Below are positions 61,201 through 64,000 of a DNA stretch of 64,000 bases, one piece after another. The notes under the pieces are model-generated. The model saw nothing but the letters and a program-made list of their open reading frames with translations, was not told where the DNA came from and made no database searches. This stretch comes from Lama glama (taxonomy: Eukaryota): contig CM052851.1 of assembly GCA_028534125.1 (NCBI GenBank), positions 496,001-560,000 on the forward strand, written 5' to 3'. How positions within the stretch are numbered: the stretch's first letter is position 1; each line of letters starts with the position of its first letter. The position numbers and the translations under genes were made by a program.

Positions 61201-63050
61201 AAAGCTTTTAATTTTTGTTAATTTGCCTTTATACGTTTTATTTTAAAAATGCTATTCTCAGCGATACCTTGAAAATGTTACTATAAAGCTCTGCGCGCTG
61301 GTTTGTTGCGGCTGGTTTTTGTGCGTTGCCCTTAAAGTTGGCAGCCTTCCAAGCCCGCGTCTCGATGGCAGTGATGTGCGTGCAGGTCGCTGTGGCCTCC
61401 CTGTGCCCCATCGCGCCGTCGGCCGACAGTGGCAGCTTTTCTGCTTTCTCAGTCCGTGTTGTTCATGTTTCTGCTTTGTTTCTGCAGTTTGGCCCTCCTG
61501 CAGTGCTGAGTCTGAGAGGTGATTGCTGTCTCGTTCCTGGTCTCAGAGGATGTGTCATGTTCGCGTTAGGTGCGGCGCCTGCTCTCTGTTCTCTTTATCT
61601 CATTGAGGAAATTTCCTTCCGTACCTTCGCCACCGTCATCACGAATCAACTGGTGCAGCCGTTGAATTCGGGGTTTTCTTTGTGGGGTGATTTCTACTTA
61701 CGGATTCTATTTGTTTAGCAAGTGATGGGACTTCATTTTTTCTCCTTCTTTCATCAGTTTTGCTGGGTTGCATTTTCTTGACGTTTGCTAGTGCATCTTG
61801 ACGTTCAGGCACGCTGGCAGGCAGTGTCTGTGAGGGGCTTCAAGGCAAGGCCCCCTTCTCCGCCCGGCGTTGGGGGCCTGCCCTTCTCTCCTGTTCTTGG
61901 TCAGTCTCCTCGAGCGTGTGAGGATTTCTTTTGACTTTGCCGATCCTTTTTTTTTTTTTTTTACCTTATTCCTTATGCTTTTATCTGTATTGTTTCTCTA
62001 CTTTATTTTTTCTCTACTTTCTATAGGTTAATTTTGCTAATTTCCTCCTGAACCCTTGAGATGGATTCTTCAGTGCTTTTATTTTTACATTTGTTTCAAA
62101 CGTGTGTATTTAAAACTATAAATTTCTAAGCGTGGCTTTAGCTGCATGAGACGTGTTTTAGAGGCAGCCTTTGTTGGCTGTCACACGCAGCGGTGTGGCC
62201 CGCCCACCTGTCGTCCCGCTGCTCCTGCGCGTCCCACCAGTGCTGTGAATAGCTTGGCGCACAGCTCGCTGCAGGAGGGGCCATGTCTCAAGTCAGGGCT
62301 GGTAACTTGCAGCTGAGGACGGGGGTCAAGATGAACCTTCCCGGAAGTGCACAGTTATGACCTCTTGTCACATCTGCGAGCTTTGTAGGGAGGAGCCTGA
62401 CCTCCCTGATGCAGGATGGGGGAACGGGCCAGGTTGTGTGTTAGTGGATACGTGATGTCTTAGGGATGGTCATGTATTCGGAAGGTTGACGGAGTGTCTG
62501 TCCTGCCAAGACTGTGCTGGACAAGGAGGTGAAACTGTGAGTGAAGGATACATGGTCTCTGGCCTGGGTGGGCTCGTGGCAGGGGCCTGCGCTTGGGGCC
62601 TGGGGTTGAACAGTACCTCCTCCTTTCTGAGGGGACCAGATGTCTCCCTTCTGTGTTTAATTCACTTTCCGGCCCACAAAGGAAAGCTGGGGTTCCCAGT
62701 CCAGGCTCCCTAGGCCTCTGTACTGAGGGGGGGCGGCTCTCATGGGTTGGGGGTCTGCCAGTTTGTGTCCCGCAAAGCGGGGAGGCCATCACACAGCAGC
62801 TGTACCCTTGCCCCTCTGAGACACAGACAAATGTGTCACATGTTCTTAGACGCTGGTGTGTGGCTTTCTGTTGGTCCCCATCGTGGGGGCCTCATGGCGA
62901 CACCTGCCCCCGGCGTCTCATCGCCCTGTGCTGCTTTACAGATTGTGACGTCGGCATCCACGGATCTTCAGGACTACACTTACTATTTCGTCCCGGCCCC
63001 CTGGCTGTCAGTCAAGCTCCTGCGGTTGCTGCAGTGCTACCCACCCCCAG
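19227..63050 (+). CDS. AP2A2: AP2A2 (AP-2 complex subunit alpha-2), partial spliced CDS; join of 19227-19293, 45717-45785, 52619-52761, 54099-54292, 56600-56729, 59687-59788, 62942-63050; continues beyond the window
   Basis: Spliced translation [104 protein letters not shown]...[11 protein letters not shown] is alpha-adaptin. Paralog-diagnostic residues ([37 protein letters not shown]) and CHID1 adjacency indicate AP2A2 rather than AP2A1. Confidence 0.97.
19393..19710 (+). repeat. 49-bp GC-rich minisatellite, ~6.5 copies, at the start of AP2A2 intron 1
   Basis: Unit gctggggtcccgggcgcggacctggcgggcgggggcccggcggcgcggg starts at ~19393, 19442, 19491, 19540, 19589, 19638 and ~19680, decaying toward the 3' end. 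Confidence 0.92.
20838..21027. mobile_element. MER20-like hAT DNA transposon relic
   Basis: gctgtcctgtgc...ccctggcctc...tgtgacaaccaaaaatgtttccag...ttgagagctactg matches the recalled MER20 consensus. Confidence 0.75.
22060..22535 (-). mobile_element. Old LINE-1 (L1M) 3' end fragment
   Basis: tttagatttataggaa...ccactaatctgtcctccatctct...gagattggctttttt actcagca pattern of antisense L1M 3' ends. Confidence 0.65.
25796..25918 (+). mobile_element. Young tRNA-derived SINE, long-tail form with internal deletion
   Basis: gagggcatagctcagtggtagag...ggttcaattcc; AT-rich tail with aaacctaattacctcccc; 14-bp TSD aagtggggagacca (25780-25793 / 25919-25932). Confidence 0.88.
27002..27560 (-). mobile_element. 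LINE-2 3' fragment
   Basis: ttcattcattcatt terminus followed by ...gtgccgcacattgttcta...ggacaaaattcc... and ggagtgatctgatctga. Confidence 0.7.
27800..28620 (-). mobile_element. Old LINE-1 fragment (ORF1 region), interrupted by a SINE
   Basis: tttcatcaaattggagaaatttggccactatttcttcaaatattttttctg is a typical antisense L1M phrase. Confidence 0.65.
28199..28363 (-). mobile_element. Young tRNA-derived SINE, long-tail form
   Basis: Minus strand agctcagtggtacagcgtgtgctcagcacgcacaaggtcctgggttcagtcccc; tail aaacctaattacctctcccc; TSD atggctgtttt (28188-28198 / 28364-28374). Confidence 0.88.
29235..29420 (-). mobile_element. MIR SINE relic
   Basis: Core gatgaggaaactgaggcacag and ggacccaggctgcctggctcc. 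Confidence 0.7.
30740..31330 (-). mobile_element. Old LINE-1 fragment
   Basis: T-rich; ttggctggggtagaattctagactggaaataacttttc typical of antisense L1M ORF1; boundaries approximate. Confidence 0.55.
31937..32415. repeat. Tandem duplication (~267-bp unit), each copy with a unique head plus a degenerate (CA)/(CACATG)n tract
   Basis: Head tgaccactcttg...tacagttttctccttgtaaata.gttttggactaatt at 31937 and 32204, each followed by a cacacatg-rich tract; second copy runs into the gap. Confidence 0.88.
32416..32558. other. Assembly gap (143 N)
   Basis: Run of N. Confidence 1.
33280..33960 (-). mobile_element. Probable LINE-2 relic
   Basis: G-rich degenerate L2-like phrases (gggccttgaaggcc, ttttggaggaaaggtgggcaggac); weak. 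Confidence 0.4.
34230..41230 (+). mobile_element. Large decayed LINE-1 (L1M type; 5' region, ORF1, ORF2 and 3' end remnants), sense to AP2A2, with a nested insertion
   Basis: Collinear L1 phrases: ORF1 (gacacatcgtagtcagactgttgaaagacaaagacaaag, ccaagaattctgtgtccagg), endonuclease (gagctggagcggctatgcta, taacagagccccaaacacatgaagcag), RT (gaggagggaacacttccc...gaggccagtattaccc, gcagaaaagacatttcacaaaa) and 3' end (gagacagaaagtagatta...gtgagtacactgaaaaccactga); all frames broken. Confidence 0.85.
38871..39730 (+). mobile_element. Younger 5'-truncated LINE-1 (ORF2 C-terminus plus tail) nested in the older L1
   Basis: attggtgcagccgctgtggaggacagtacgggggttccttaa...cagcaatcccactcctggcatatatcc...cccaagtgtccttcgacagatgactgga; the host ORF2 breaks at ~38870 and resumes at ~39731, and its own copy of this C-terminal region occurs later (~40600-40900). 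Confidence 0.75.
45717..45785 (+). CDS. AP2A2: AP2A2 exon 2 (69 nt)
   Basis: ttttttag|GCAAAAGT...TTTAAAG|gtaagt; [24 protein letters not shown]; absent from the ORF track. Confidence 0.96.
46630..47330 (+). mobile_element. Old LINE-1 ORF1 fragment
   Basis: agaggggagaactttgaagaattcatg-like phrases, cctttttcagacaaaaatggagggtttcccaccag...aaggatgttcttcaggc. Confidence 0.5.
49603..49690. mobile_element. Short Tc2/mariner-type MITE relic (MER104-like)
   Basis: ccggatttcagtgattctaagatg...ttttcacatt...tgaaatcggcatgcgtctcaa resembles the recalled MER104 consensus. Confidence 0.45.
52619..52761 (+). CDS. AP2A2: AP2A2 exon 3 (143 nt)
   Basis: cccccag|GTGACAAG...CAGATC|gtgagt; includes the SKKKYVCK basic phosphoinositide-binding patch. 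Confidence 0.96.
54099..54292 (+). CDS. AP2A2: AP2A2 exon 4 (194 nt)
   Basis: gtgcag|GGCTAC...GTGGCCGG|gttggt; [11 protein letters not shown]...PRILVAG. Confidence 0.95.
56600..56729 (+). CDS. AP2A2: AP2A2 exon 5 (130 nt)
   Basis: ctttcag|AGACACC...CACCTG|gtgagt; [13 protein letters not shown]...NDQHL. Confidence 0.96.
59687..59788 (+). CDS. AP2A2: AP2A2 exon 6 (102 nt)
   Basis: ttgcag|GGCGTG...AGCAGA|gtaagt; [34 protein letters not shown]; absent from the ORF track. Confidence 0.96.
60440..62170 (-). mobile_element. Old LINE-1 ORF2 fragments
   Basis: T-rich antisense L1 phrases (agttctttatgtgttttggat, ttttaatgtagtc, aatctgtaggtcagtttggggaaaatt, aaactataaatttctaagc...gctttagctgcat). Confidence 0.65.
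62942..63050 (+). CDS. AP2A2: AP2A2 exon 7 (109 nt)
   Basis: tttacag|ATTGTG...CCCCCAG|gtaaca; [36 protein letters not shown]. Confidence 0.96.
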
Positions 63051-63299
63051 GTAACAGCCGAGTCGCGGAGGTCTCCCCGGGAGGGGTACGCTCTGGTGTT
63101 TCAGGGCAAGGTTCAAGGTTTTTACTGGCACCGGTTCTTGTCCTGTGGATCGCTCTGTGATGATGCCATGCCCCTGGGCTCTCCCAGAGCGGCTGGTGGA
63201 GAACTCACAGTTCTGTTGCGATTTGGAATCATCTCTGCTTTTACATGCACATGGTGTCAGGTCTGTGCAGGTTTTTGAAAGTCTTTTAAAATAAGTCTT

Positions 63300-64000
63300 G
63301 AAACCTGTTAAAACCTTTATGTCCTAAGTTGTTCATAACCCGTGTAGCCTTAGTGTACACATCAAGGCTACTGTTTTGTTCACGTCTTGTTCTAAAATGT
63401 TAGGTTTGACCAGAATGGTGAGTGTCTACAGCTAGGATTTCTGGTTGAAGAATGCACGTGAGAATTGCTGTTAGGTACTTCCAGCTTGCCCTCTACTGCG
63501 ATTGCGTTGTTGTTGTAACCTTTACGTTTTAATCTCAGTTTGTTTTTGTACAGGATATTTCCCTGTTAAATTCAAGTAACTTCTTGTACTGAACCTCTTT
63601 TCTGCTGAAGCATGAGCTGTGCGCGCTCCTGTGCTCGCAGCCCCGCCCCCTCCCCAGCAGGTCGTGTCCCCCTCCCCCCGCCCCCACGCGGGCCGCCCTT
63701 CCTGAGCAGCCGGGGTTGGGTGGACACCTTAGATGCGTTGCATCCGTTGTTTCTGGAGTTCTGGTATTTTTATTGCTCTCTCACTCTTTTGGTCTTCTGT
63801 TTTCTTCTGGTTTGACCAGAAATGTAAAATTTCCTTATCTTTTTATTGCTTTTTACCCTGTTTTCTCCGTTTCTGTTGGTAATAGCAGGTAGAGGAAAAA
63901 CCTTTTGCTCCCTCTTCCCTCAGACTTCCATATCGCCTGTTCTGTCCGTGTATCTGAGATTCTTTCTTGACTTGTATAAGCTGTATTTCAGAAAAGTTCT
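63300..64000 (-). mobile_element. Probable old LINE-1 fragment
   Basis: T-rich; tttctgttggtaatagcaggtagagg, tgtatctgagattctttcttg; weak. Confidence 0.4.

Noticed and set aside
1-64000. A novel prokaryote-type system (operon, CRISPR array, defence island)
   Set aside because: The sequence is intron-rich mammalian DNA. There is no repeat-spacer array and no gene cluster, and all recognisable coding signal is explained by CHID1 and AP2A2.

Overview
Eukaryotic (mammalian) genomic DNA, GC-rich, containing the 5' parts of two divergently transcribed spliced genes. CHID1 (chitinase domain-containing 1 / SI-CLP, minus strand) has a probable non-coding exon 1 in a CpG island at ~11.8 kb and seven coding exons from 7727 down to 3390; its remaining exons lie left of the window. 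AP2A2 (AP-2 complex alpha-2 adaptin, plus strand) has exons 1-7 from 19227 to 63050; its remaining exons lie right of the window. All exon phases join in frame with GT-AG boundaries. Introns and the intergenic spacer hold old L1, L2, MIR, MLT1 and MER relics, plus three young tRNA-derived SINEs with target-site duplications that suggest a camelid genome. There is a 143-N assembly gap. Nearly all other supplied ORFs are chance ORFs of GC-rich DNA. I found no evidence of a new multi-gene system. The most interesting detail is a 20-bp tandem duplication of the CHID1 exon-1 ATG plus splice donor, which could switch the 5' leader between a uORF and an in-frame 23-aa N-terminal extension. Gene and repeat family assignments come from recalled sequences, not database searches.
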